Part shown: positions 1 to 11,688 of the stretch, in pieces | Numbering within the stretch: the first letter of the stretch is position 1 | Layout: the number at the start of each line of letters is the position of its first letter | NCBI GenBank assembly: GCA_043228905.1 | Contig: JBHGNT010000001.1 | Span: 4,588,001 to 4,652,000 of the forward strand | From: Azolla caroliniana | Taxonomy: Eukaryota; Plantae; Polypodiophyta | Direction of reading: 5' to 3' | Length of the DNA stretch: 64,000 nucleotides | Notes under the pieces: model-generated | The model's database searches: none | What the model saw: only the letters and a program-made list of their open reading frames with translations | Told to the model about the DNA's origin: nothing | Program-made: the position numbers and the translations under genes

Positions 1-480
1 GAATTTATATCAACATTCTATCTAAATCTTAGTATATTTCTTGGCAGGTGTGCCAAAAGATGGATATTCATCTATTGCAGTGATAGTAATTGGTACTTAT
101 CAAGGCTATATTATGTTGTCAAGGTGTCTATATTCTAATAAGTTCTTCTTGTCTATAAAACAAGTATACGGAATTTGTACTAATATTGGTTCTCTAAGGC
201 TCAACCACATCAATCAATCTCTAATAATTTGATATGAATTGTCCACCCTTTAGTCAGTGATGTTTAGTATGAACGATTAATTCTTTCTTGAACACCACAT
301 CTATGACTATCAATCTCACATGAATGTCCTTAGTCCATACACTACTAAGAACAAACAAAAAACATGTGGTCCCAGTGATTTGTTTTATGTTCTCTAAGGA
401 TAATCTCTCTCTAATAGTTTGTTCACCCTGATAAAAACACAAACCACGCAGCCAAGCTAGAATATGTCCCAAAAAGTTCT
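1..480 (-). mobile_element. Decayed Ty3/gypsy integrase fragment
   Basis: Minus-strand translation gives FLFVLSSVWTKDIHVRLIVIDVVFKK, similar to DFVxGLPRTxxGxDSILVVVDRFSK. It continues across stops and frameshifts as ITD*..GQFISNY*R, similar to IVSDRGxQFxSxFW. Motif order matches the integrase core. Manual comparison only. Confidence 0.4.
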
Positions 481-974
481 AAAACATGTTATTGTCTATA
501 AATTGTTTGACACTACATTCATGCTATCTTGATTAACACTAGAATACTCTTGAAGTAAATTTAGGGTTTAGGATTTAGGGACATATTTAATATTTAATGA
601 AAGAAAATGATGTCAAGCGTCCCCACCAATGAAGAGGTATCATGTATTGTATTCTTTCTAGGTTTTCTTATTTATTTCAACATATTGTATCTTATCTTTT
701 CTGAAAATGCTACTCTTGGACAAGAGGAGTTTGATAAGGTTTCCATGTCGCAACAAAAGAGTTAGTAGTGGGGATGGCCCAACCCCACGTAATTTATCGA
801 GCTACACTTATATGTAAATAATTTGTCGAAAAGTATAAGAACCCTACACCCAAATTAAAATGCCTTGTTTTATTTGTGTTAAGGATTTCATCATCCTTAA
901 AGAAAAATGCAAGTTATTATAAATGTTCACTATATTGTGCATAATCCATATGGGTGTAGAATGTTGAGCATTGA

Positions 975-976
<2 letters not shown>

Positions 977-1011
<35 letters not shown>

Positions 1012-1022
1012 TGTGTGTGTGT
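977..1022. repeat. Compound (GA)n(GT)n microsatellite
   Basis: Directly visible. Confidence 0.95.
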
Positions 1023-1677
1023 AAGAGGTATATATACATTACCATCTCGTTTCGTTTCTCAGCTTTATAGGCCGCTTCAAGTGCATCTACCTTCAATCTT
1101 TCACGCTATTGCAAGGGAAGTAAATGCTTAATTATGTTGGTAAAGATCTTATCCATTATAACATGATAATGAAAAGCATACTAAAACCTTCAATAACTTA
1201 CATGTCTATTTAGAATCAAAACTATGATATTGTCCATATTTAATCATATACTTTATTCTCTTTATTACATAATCTTGTTGGGGCTTAGAATCTTGGAATA
1301 AAGGGTTGATTCCACCGTGTCCATATATGATAAGTGGTAATCTTTAAAATCTTCATGATTTGCAGTAGTCATAAACATGAGGACTCGCTGAGTCATTCTA
1401 TATCATATGCCAATAACTACACATTGTATCAAAGAAAGCTCTCATCATGGTATTTCAAATGAGAAAGAAGTAGACAAAACAAAATGTAGCTTTGTTGATA
1501 AGGTTGCTCTGTGAAAACCATAAGGTCAACAAAGGGAAATGTGTTTAAGGATATGCCAAGGTTGAAAATGTAAGGAAAGCAAACTCAAATGTGATAGAAG
1601 ACTGAGCATTGAAGTAGAGAGATACTCAAAACTTGCGAAATGGTTTGGGAAAATTATGCATAATCGATGTGTCTCCT

Positions 1678-2290
1678 TGTTGGTGTTACTCCCTCCTGGA
1701 GAACACCTTCAATTACTCCTTCTGAGTAATCGGGTCAAGGAATCGTGGTGCGTAGGCAACTAGTGGTCCGAGGGTGGTCGGATCACTACGACCATTGAGA
1801 TTAATACTCAACAAATCGGCTACAACCGATTGATAGTTAATGTCTTACAGACCGGACATATATAAATAGCGATCGATTACACTTAGACAGACACAGAGAT
1901 GACCCACAAGTATATATGTATTCGATTATAATTGCATACACTACAATACCATACAGCACCGAGTAGAATCTGTAACACTCACTCACTCTGTCCTAATCTA
2001 TACCTAGGCTTAGTCTGCTCTGAGGGTTCCTATTCAATATCAGCTCGGATTTCAATCCCTCCTATTACGATCCCCCTTCTGCGTTCGCCCCTTCTCGATT
2101 ATATAGCTATCTCCTAGCTCGGTATATTCTCTCCCGATAATCAGCTTCTACCTTCGGCTGTTAGTGTTTGGCTCCTTTTGGTCTTTTCACATTCCTCCTA
2201 CGCATCCCTTTCACACTTTGTCCTTCACGGTCCTTTTCACACTTTGTTCCTGCTGTACCACGGATAACAGTTGGAGCCCCAATCGAAAAG
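1678..2290 (+). mobile_element. Candidate LTR (1678-2269) followed by a PBS-like site, internal region lost
   Basis: Starts TGTT and ends AACA. Internal TATATAAATAG near 1860. Richer in CpG than its flanks. Followed by a 2-nt spacer and TGGAGCCCC, where TGG complements tRNA CCA. No second LTR or TSD seen. Confidence 0.4.
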
Positions 2291-5200
2291 AAACCAAGAG
2301 CCTCAATTGGTAACGTTATCCAACAAATATCAGGTCACTCGTTCAACCTCTACATTGAAGAGAGCCGTCTAGTAAATTAGTGCATATAGTCAGATTTGAG
2401 TCCTTGGGAAGGGGGTTGGAAAAAAATTGTTTTTGGCTTCTGATGGATCATCCACTACTTTCATTTCAATAATCATCACCAATTCATGGAGTTGAACTTC
2501 TACAAAAGTTATTCATTGGCTCTGTAAATTTACTATCAACTTATAGGAGACTTAACTCTACACTCAGACTTCTCAACTATCATATAAGATTTCCTGAGGA
2601 ATTCTTTTATTATTATATAAAAATAAAGGATAATAAACCTCCAAATTCACTTCTTTGTCTTTTTTATCTTGTATACGTTTTGCATGCAATGCTTTGATTG
2701 TATTTGGCCATCTCTTTGCCCTTTCGTCTGATAACGCTTTCAATTCCAACTTCTGTAGGATTATAAATTATAATTATATAAATGTCCATTTGTAGGGAAT
2801 GTAGAATAGGGTGTTGCTAAATAAACACGCTCATAATAGAAAGATATTTACTGCATATATGGTAAACCAAAAAAAGCCTGTATGAAAGTAAAGCCTGAAT
2901 ATAACTCAATGCATGTTTGTGAATTTCATGTAAATGCATCCAGAGTAGCTTACAAATGAACACGCATGTGTAGCCTAAACTGCCATAGCTGAAAAGTTTG
3001 TAAAATTAATTAGCACATCATGAAAGGCTTCATAGCCACAAATATACAACGACGCAATTAAGCTCCTCTTGAGCGATATGGAGCTTCATCATGTTATGCT
3101 ATTTTTGGAACCAATTCATTTTCCGGGCTCGGAAAGGAATGAGAACAAACCGTGAACCCTTTCGGGACAACATAAGGACAAATGACAGATTTATATGTGA
3201 CTATAGGTGCCCAAATTTCAAGTTCAGCCCACCTAATATATTTTATTGTTGGTTTATAAATGATAAAATGTGATCTTTCATGAATGTAAATATGCATGAA
3301 TAGCACAAAAAGAAGGTATGCACAAATCATAGAATTTCAATGCATGTATTGGGTTACCTCTTTCATAAATTTTGAATGATGATCCCTTCGTGGGCTTCCT
3401 CTCATGCGTTGAAGATCATCTTTGGTGATTTCAATCACATTACGCTCTTTAAGTGTGATCATTTTTGTACACTAGACCATGTAAACGATAAAAAATTTAA
3501 AAATCCTAAATAACATGAAAACAGTTAGCACAACCAATATTTTAAAAAATTCAGTGCACAGAAGTAGCACAATGCAATGTCACACGAGAATAGGCCCCAA
3601 ATTGAGAGATTCAAGAGGAAAAGACCGATCTTTCCTAGAAGAGCCAGTAGAAGCATCCTCCCTATTTCACTAAGTATGTCAAGTGTTTGTAGAGTATGCT
3701 GCCACAACACATGCAATCTCCTGTGAGACTGTCATAAGATTTGCCAACGCCTCACCTTGACTTTTGTGCGACAATTTGACCATCATACCCGTAAGTGTAA
3801 CGAATGTTAACATGGGAATGAAAGATTTTGTGTTGGTTTGACATTAGATGGCTGACTCTATGAATGGGGATATTCTCCATTGAACAGAGCAAAACAAGGA
3901 TGCAGTGATCGATAATCGATGAAATCCATTCAAAAAAACAAATTTTTGGGTTCCAATAATGATATATATATGAAAAGATGCACAGAGAAAGAAAAGGAAG
4001 AGATTTTCCATACCTTTAGGGGTTTCGGAGTGGGATGATCAACATTGGAGAAGAAGAAGAGACATTATGCATGGACAGTGTGTGTACGTAGAAGATCATC
4101 GCAACGGCCAAAGGCGACATAATGTTTGAGGCTCCATTTTTCTTCTGTTATGATTCGAAAGGTTTTTTCTACACGCAGACATGCTTCAAAATTACTGGGC
4201 GGATTATATGATACATATGTATATGAAGAGTAAGGGGGCAAAAAAGGAAGGAAAGAGGAGGGGAGGGTTACATACAAACACCATTGGTTCTTCTATTATT
4301 ACTCGTAGCCACTCCAATGCTCTCCTTCGGTTTCGGGTTTCATAGCTCGGCCGGACCGGACATAGCCAATCCCTGACCATCCCGAATGCAAGGCTTCATG
4401 ACTAGGTTAGTTATCCCTCGGGCTTTCGAACATCGTGATATATCTCTGCTCGAATTACTTCGAATGGTTGGTATAACTCAATTAGAATTTGGACCCTAAT
4501 GTAATCAACGCGCCAGTAAGGTCCCGAACATCTTCGCCTTCCTTTCTTTTGTTCCACCAGTTCCGAAAGGGCTGCTACTTTTCGCACCGAGTTTAATTGT
4601 AGGTTTTGCCCTTGCGTCACGTTCGAAATCGCTTTGGTGACAATGACCTCTCTCTTTTGATCAAGTCTATGTTTTGAATTGTTGTTAGAATTCATTCCAA
4701 GTTAGTTATGAGTTGTTGACCTACTTCTAGTTCACATTTTGGGGAGATCTGGTCTACTAGATTCAAACCAATGACCTAACCACGAATTGTTGATCTGCCT
4801 TTAAATAGCAAAATCTAAGTTGCCATGGAATCATAAGTCACATCTCAAGGCATGCCTCTTCACAATATATCAAAATGATTGATTACATGCTCACTTTGAT
4901 TTCAATATCAATGCGTGCAAAAAAAAACACGGTTGAATACTTGGCCTTAGCTCAATTGGGAAAGAAAATGACTACTTGTTTCAATGGAATCATTGGAGGT
5001 GTTGGTCAAACAAAATTAATCCAAGCAAAGTATCCTATAGTTTAAAGCATAGAGTGATCTCAATTACAAGCTCACTTGTGTTTCTCTAAATCAAGTAAAC
5101 GGTTGACCTTATACTAGTTGATGAAGTGGAGGATTTTAGTTGGATCGCCTTGTCCTTCACTTGTTTGAATCTCTTAGGTGTGATCTCACATATTAGCTCT

Positions 5201-5339
5201 AGGACGAGCCAATATTGATTTGATCTAGATGTGCCCCACAATTGTCCTAGTAATCAAAACCAACTACAATAAAGTCTAAATAGCTTCATGCTAGCTTATG
5301 TACGATTTTAGGCTTCAATGACAACATACACTCTTCAAC

Positions 5340-5830
5340 ATAACACAAGAACCCCCTCCAAAGGATTTGGGATATTTAACATACAAGACAAGTCTAAACT
5401 CCCAACCGTGGTCGGATTTGGATTAATAGCGATTGCTTCACCTTGTATATACAAAATATGCCCAAGAGGGAAGGGTCTTTAATATGAACCAAAATGTTAA
5501 TGTGATGAAATGATTTTTTTAAGATTAACAAAATAATGGCTAAGGGTACTTTAAGAACACTAACGACCCCCGAGAAAAGGACTAGAGACACACATAAAGT
5601 ACCATTGTTGATCCATACCACCAATATATTACCTTATGTCATCACTTGAAACTTGAAACTTGAGTTGGACAATCTCAAGATGCCCCAATGAAGAGTGTAG
5701 CTAGACCACTTTATATAGTCCAACTCCTTAGGCTCGCAAGCCACCTTGCGTCACATGTAGTTATGGGTTTGTCCCAAATCACATGATTATTGGTTTCCCA
5801 CTTACTCTACCTTTAAACCATTTGAAACAA
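5340..5830 (+). mobile_element. Possible decayed Ty1/copia gag fragment
   Basis: LKLELDNLKM near 5654-5685 and MIIGFP near 5783 resemble copia gag (UBN2-like) motifs. The frame is broken. Confidence 0.25.
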
Positions 5831-6339
5831 GCTTTAGATTGCTTATATCATATCTATCTCTTGTTCCTAGATCAATGCACTCCTTTGGCTCCTAGACAGT
5901 GAACATGCGCCCGTGTCATAGGCCTTTTTGGGGTTGTCTCAAGTCATGAGACAATTGGTTTCACACTTAATCTACCCTTAAACTATTGAAATTTGCTTAA
6001 GAATTAGGAGGTAAATTGTTTACCATATGGGTGTTTTGGGCTAGCATATATCTTGGCATTCTCTGGGTCTTCATGTCTACAATGATGTAATGTTAGCATT
6101 CAGAACTCTAGAGAAACGAATTACCTAATTTCTCACAATAAAGCTTCCTATCAGATTGTGTTCTTCTATCCTGAGGGGACCATCCATCACCCAATATTCT
6201 GATTGAGAGGATTATAATTGTAAATTTGTTTCATATGAAGGGAAGGGGGGGTGGGGGGGGTGAGGATTGACAAGTGGGCAGTGAGCTCCATATCCACATG
6301 CCCATTATCCACGGAGAATTGCCCTTATCAATGTGAACT

Positions 6340-9300
6340 ATGCCCTTCTCACATACCAATCTCTGTTCTAGCAACTCATCATCATCATCTTGCTTCCTCT
6401 CCTCTGTTCTCAATGATCAAAATGAGGTGGGTAGAGCTTCTTCTTTAAGAACTGGCTTTACTTACTCTGTTTCAACAGAGAAGAAGAAAGTAGCTTGCTT
6501 GGTGAAAGAGCAATCTTCATATAACAATGAAAATGGCACGGATATGGGGATTCATCATTATCAAGAGGAAGAAAGGTTATCTACCGAGAAGAAGAAGAAG
6601 AAGGTGAATTTTTCTCAAGAAGAAGAAGAAGAAAGATTTAGCAAGAGTGTGCTCTTTCATGGGCTTCGGCGAGGATTTCAGAACCTAGAAGAAGGAAAGA
6701 TTTTCCACTCCATTGTGATAAAATTAGGAATTGAACTCCAAAACTCGGAAGGAAACCTCCTTGCGCAAATGTATGGTGGATTTGGTGCCATGGAAGAGGC
6801 TTATTCTATGTTCCAATCAATGATCAATCATGATGATATAGCTTCATGGAACATCATAATGTCAATGTTCCTTCACCATAAAAACTATACTGATGAGGTT
6901 TTTCATCTATCCTCAAAAATGAAAGAAAGAGGAATTGAGCCTGATAGGATAAGTTTCAAGCTTCTTTTGCGTGCAGCTGCTGATCTTCAAAACCTTGAAG
7001 AAGGTCAATCCACCCATTGCTTTATCACCATCAAGGGTATGGAATTGGACCTAGGTATTTGTTCTGCCCTTTTGTATATGTATGGGAAGTGCGGAGCTTT
7101 CCAAGAGGCTCGGTTTGTGTTCAATAACATGCCCAAACGAGATGAATTCACATGGATCACTATGGTGACATCATACTCCAGGGAAGGATATAATGAGGAT
7201 ATTATTGAGCTTTATAGGGAAATGCTGGATGAGGGTCTAGTTCCAGGTAAAGTAATCTTGACTGCTGTTCTAAATGCTTGTGGAAAACTAGCTAATCTCG
7301 AACAAGGTGAACTCATACATAAAGATATCAATCAAATGAGCTTGTATGCATCCGATGTGGATCTGGCAAATAGTCTCATAACAATGTACGGAAGGTGTAG
7401 ATGTCTACATCTTGCTCTTTCTGTGTTTGTAAATATGAGTGTGCGAACAGTTGGGACATATAATGTGATGATGGGGACATATTTAGGGCAGGAGCTCTAT
7501 GAAAAGGTTTTTGAACTTTTCCGTAAGATGCTCGAGGATGGGATAAAGCCGGACGCAATCACATACTCGAGTGTATTGCAAGCATCTGCGTCAGCAACTT
7601 CCCTTGATATTGATGGAAAGATAATCCATGGTTGCATTGTCAAAGATGGTCTTGATACAAGCCCAATCCTAGAGACCGCACTCATTAATATGTATTGTAA
7701 ATGCGGAGAAATCACTGAAGCATATTCACTATTTGATAAAATGAAAGAGAAAGCGAATGTGACTGCATGGAATGCTTTGATATCAGCATGTGCTCACCAT
7801 GGCGATCCGTTGCGCTCTATCCAACTTTTCAATAGAATGCAAAGGGAAGGCATTTGTGTAGTCAACAACGCCACCTTTGCTGGTGTTCTACATGCATGTG
7901 CAAATGTAGAAGCTTTAGAAGATGGAAGGGCTATTCATTCTTTTCTGGTGAATCTCTCTGTAGATCGGGATGATGTAATGACTTCCTCTCTCATCAATAT
8001 GTATGGAAAATGTGGCTCATTGGAAGATGCACGATATGTGTTTGATAATATACAAAATGGTAATGTGATTCACTGGACTTGTATGATTGCTGTTTATGTG
8101 CAAAGAGGCAGAGTGACGCAAGCACTTGAAATCTTTAGTAAGATGCATGAAAAGGGCTTGAACCCTAATAATGTTACTCTTGTTAATGTTTTAAGTGCGT
8201 GTTCAAGCTTGGAAGCCCTTGTCATGGGTCAATTTGTGCACAAATGCATTATAGAAAGTGAGCTTGAAACTGATCATAGCTTGTTGAATGCACTTTTTAA
8301 TATGTACAGTAAATGTGGTGCTATGTTGGATGCACGGTGGGTGTTTGAGAATATCCACCCTAAAGGAGTGCTCACCTATAACATACTCATTGCTGCATAT
8401 GCTCAAGAAGAATGTAATGATTCAGCACTAGAGGTGCTCGACGAAATGCAACATGAAAATATTGTTCCAGATGAAGGCAGCTTTGTTAATGTTCTCCGTG
8501 CATGTCGTTACCCCGAACTCCTAGAGAAAGGAAAGGTTATCCACACCAACATAGTGCAGAGAGGGTTTGACTCGGTACTTACTATCAATACTGCATTGAT
8601 TGGCATGTATGGAAAATGTGGGGCCTTAGAAGAAGCTCATTGTGTTTTTGATGGAGTTGAGGAAAAGAATTTAGTCTCGTGGACAGCCATTATCACAGCA
8701 TATACTCAGCAAGGATATGGTGAAGAAGCAATTCAACTCTTTAAGGAAATGCATCTTGAAGGTATTTCACCTGATACCATTACATTAGTGAGTATTCTAG
8801 CTGCATATGCCAACCTTGAAGCTGCTGCCGAGCATGAGGTAATTCAGGCCTGTTACAAACACAAATTTGAGTCTAACATCATACTTGGTAATGCTCTTAT
8901 TACCATGTATGGTAGATGTGGCAAGGTTGATGATGCACGGTCAATCTTCGATCAAATGCATGAACGGGATGTGAGCAGCTGGAATGCAATGATATTTATA
9001 TATGGCCATCATGCATACTGCCGAGAAGCACTTGAGTTACTGAGGAGAATGCACAAAGAGAAAACAAGTCCAAATGAGCTCACATGGATATATTGTCTGA
9101 GTAGCTGTGGCACATTAGGTGCATTAGGCCAAGGTAAAAAAATCCATAGTTGCATAATTGAGTGTGGATATGAGTCCAACACAGGGGTAGGGAATGCTCT
9201 GATAAACATGTATAGCAAGTGTGGGGCTTCAATGGAAGCATTCGCAGTCTTCAATGACATTAGGCAGGATGTGGTCTCCTGGAATGCGATGCTCTCTTGC

Positions 9301-10194
9301 TTTTCTCAGCTTGGTCATGGGAAGAGATCTATTGAACTCTTTGAACAAATGCAAGAAGAGGGCACGAAGCCAGATGAAGTGACCTTCCTTACTGTGTTAA
9401 GTGCGTGCAGCCATGCTGGGCTGGTTGAGGAAGGATCAAAATTCTTCAAATCAATGATTGAGGAACACCGCATTTTACCTGTGGTGGGTCATTATGGATG
9501 TATGGTAGACTTATTTGGAAAAAGTGGTGATCTCGATGTGGCTGAAGACCTTATTTATAGTATGCCAGTTCGTGCCTCAGCTCTTATATGGATGACTCTT
9601 CTTGGTGCATGTAGAAATCTAGGCGAGATCCAGCGAGGGGAAATGGCCTTAAATCACATCTCTCTCTTGGAACCCGATAATGGAGCTCCGTATATCTTGC
9701 TCTCAAATATCTATGCAACAAATGGGAGGTGGAATGATGTAAAAATGCTAAGAGAAATGATGGTCCAACGAGGAGTAAAGAAACGACCAGGATGCAGCAT
9801 GATTGAGGTGAACGATGAAATTCATAGATTCTTTCCTCGTGATCAGTGGCATCCCGATTGCAAGGCTATATATGCAAAACTAGACACTCTGAATTCTCAG
9901 CTGAAAGAGCAAGGCTATGTTCCTGACACAAGACTAGTGCTCCATGATGTGGATGAAGAAAAGAAGAAATCTATACTTTGTTGTCATAGCGAGAGGCTAG
10001 CATTGTCATTCGGACTGATCAATACACCTTCTAAAACACCTCTCCTAATAGTAAAGAACCTTAGGATGTGTGCTGATTGTCATACTGTTTTCAAACTCCT
10101 AAGCATCATTCTCGATAGAACAATCAATTTAAAAGATGCAAACAGATTCCATTGCTTCCATAATGGGCAATGTTCATGTGAGGATTATTGGTAA
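6340..10194 (+). CDS. PLS-class PPR protein with E1/E2 and complete DYW deaminase domain (canonical PG type), organellar C-to-U editing factor, 1284 aa, intronless
   Basis: Many P/L/S repeats (LINMYGKCG, VSWNAM). PG box PGCSMIEV, catalytic HSE, KNLRMCADCH, C-terminal CSCEDYW. Ser-rich N-terminus resembles a transit peptide. Confidence 0.97.
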   Translation: MPFSHTNLCSSNSSSSSCFLSSVLNDQNEVGRASSLRTGFTYSVSTEKKKVACLVKEQSSYNNENGTDMGIHHYQEEERLSTEKKKKKVNFSQEEEEERFSKSVLFHGLRRGFQNLEEGKIFHSIVIKLGIELQNSEGNLLAQMYGGFGAMEEAYSMFQSMINHDDIASWNIIMSMFLHHKNYTDEVFHLSSKMKERGIEPDRISFKLLLRAAADLQNLEEGQSTHCFITIKGMELDLGICSALLYMYGKCGAFQEARFVFNNMPKRDEFTWITMVTSYSREGYNEDIIELYREMLDEGLVPGKVILTAVLNACGKLANLEQGELIHKDINQMSLYASDVDLANSLITMYGRCRCLHLALSVFVNMSVRTVGTYNVMMGTYLGQELYEKVFELFRKMLEDGIKPDAITYSSVLQASASATSLDIDGKIIHGCIVKDGLDTSPILETALINMYCKCGEITEAYSLFDKMKEKANVTAWNALISACAHHGDPLRSIQLFNRMQREGICVVNNATFAGVLHACANVEALEDGRAIHSFLVNLSVDRDDVMTSSLINMYGKCGSLEDARYVFDNIQNGNVIHWTCMIAVYVQRGRVTQALEIFSKMHEKGLNPNNVTLVNVLSACSSLEALVMGQFVHKCIIESELETDHSLLNALFNMYSKCGAMLDARWVFENIHPKGVLTYNILIAAYAQEECNDSALEVLDEMQHENIVPDEGSFVNVLRACRYPELLEKGKVIHTNIVQRGFDSVLTINTALIGMYGKCGALEEAHCVFDGVEEKNLVSWTAIITAYTQQGYGEEAIQLFKEMHLEGISPDTITLVSILAAYANLEAAAEHEVIQACYKHKFESNIILGNALITMYGRCGKVDDARSIFDQMHERDVSSWNAMIFIYGHHAYCREALELLRRMHKEKTSPNELTWIYCLSSCGTLGALGQGKKIHSCIIECGYESNTGVGNALINMYSKCGASMEAFAVFNDIRQDVVSWNAMLSCFSQLGHGKRSIELFEQMQEEGTKPDEVTFLTVLSACSHAGLVEEGSKFFKSMIEEHRILPVVGHYGCMVDLFGKSGDLDVAEDLIYSMPVRASALIWMTLLGACRNLGEIQRGEMALNHISLLEPDNGAPYILLSNIYATNGRWNDVKMLREMMVQRGVKKRPGCSMIEVNDEIHRFFPRDQWHPDCKAIYAKLDTLNSQLKEQGYVPDTRLVLHDVDEEKKKSILCCHSERLALSFGLINTPSKTPLLIVKNLRMCADCHTVFKLLSIILDRTINLKDANRFHCFHNGQCSCEDYW

Positions 10195-11609
10195 AGGTGT
10201 AGTACTTTCCTTAAAGGTGGGGTTTAATGGTAACAGCTGCATATATATGCTCATCATGACAAACAAGGACAGGGGGTTCAGTATGTAATGGCTTGAACTC
10301 AGTTCTGTGTTTCATACCTCAGCAAGGAAAAAATAGAAGGTCAAGGATCTGTCAATGTTTTTGCTTGAATGAGGTGGTGGTTGATGCTAATCATGACATA
10401 GATGCCTCTCTACAAGAAGAGGTTTGTTAAATGCACTGAACTTGGTCTTTGTTGAGAACTGCATCATTCAAATGGGAGAAATGGATGTAGAGATAGATGC
10501 TCAAGAAGAATCTCTTAATAAAGATTGCGGATGGTGTACATCTCTGTCTAGCCAAGAGGTCTGAGTAAACTCTTGTATAACTCAGTTGCTAACATTGTCT
10601 AGCCAAGACGAGAAAATCATGTGTTCAACTCCTGAATTCATTCCACATGATCATCCAATAAAAATTAGTAGGATTTGAACCCAGCTCTATGAGCTAGTAA
10701 AGCTATAGCTTACCTCTACAACATGGGCTCAATATGGAAAAAAAGAAAAAGACAAAAATGTAAGATCCATGATGGCTTGGAGACATCAAGAAGTAACTTT
10801 TAAGCCAAGAAAGGCTATAAAGAAAGGTGGTCAAGGCCAAGCACAACCAAATGGGTTTCTATTTGAATGAATTGAATACTAAAGAATGGTTTTAAGGGGT
10901 GGTTAATCACACTCATTACCCCAAAGCGAAGGACAAGAGACAAACATAAGATATTGTTTGGTGTTCCTTGCCACTGAGTATTACCTTATTCTATACTTTG
11001 GATGTCCATACAAACAAATTGGAAAGAAGAGAGCTTTGTCTCATCAATAAAGTCTTGATGGGGTTACTAATCCCTTTTATATACCCCAACACGTAAGGCT
11101 CCTAGATCACCATGTTTGTCTTAAGTCTTAGGATAATTGATTTTACAATCTTACTCTTATTTAGAATTGGTCCTTATGGTTATGCCTAAAACAAATCCCA
11201 TTAGTGCTTGAGAAAATTAGGAATTGCTAGTCATATGTGTATTGAATTTGGCGGTACAAACTTGTTCAAGGGGGACAAAATCTAATAAAATACACAATTG
11301 TTTTTACTTAATTCATATAAAGTAGGAGTATTTTTCTCAAAACAAAATATCAACTGATGAATGACAAGCCACGATGGGTTTTCTCAAATTTGTTGTAAAA
11401 CTTTGTATGTGTTTTTCGCAAACACTATTTGAGAACAAGAAAAATCTCAAAAAAACCCTTATTTATTCATGGGGTGATGATATCAATATGTAGCTTCATC
11501 ACATGGCTAAGAAAGTGCAATGCATCATCACTTTTAATTGATTAATTTAAACTTGTGTTTTAAGTTTATACTTTGTTTATTATAAGTTTTCATTATAAGT
11601 TTTCGTCGC

Positions 11610-11683
11610 TCCATTGTCGTCTAGTCCGGTTAGGATACCTGGCTTTCACCCAGGCGACCCGGGTTCAAATCCCGGCAATGGAA
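11610..11683 (+). tRNA. trnE-UUC: tRNA-Glu (anticodon TTC)
   Basis: Acceptor stem TCCATTG/CAATGGA plus discriminator A. Anticodon arm CCTGG-CTTTCAC-CCAGG. T arm CCGGG-TTCAAAT-CCCGG. TATAAG repeats lie upstream. Confidence 0.96.
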
Positions 11684-11688
11684 TTTTT
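11684..11688 (+). terminator. RNA Pol III oligo-T terminator of tRNA-Glu
   Basis: TTTTT immediately after the discriminator base. Confidence 0.85.

Noticed and set aside
7376-9260. Antisense ORFs within the DYW PPR (similar ones at 12962-13805, 51303-53034 and 56157-58251)
   Set aside because: Shadow frames of real genes with no recognisable domains.
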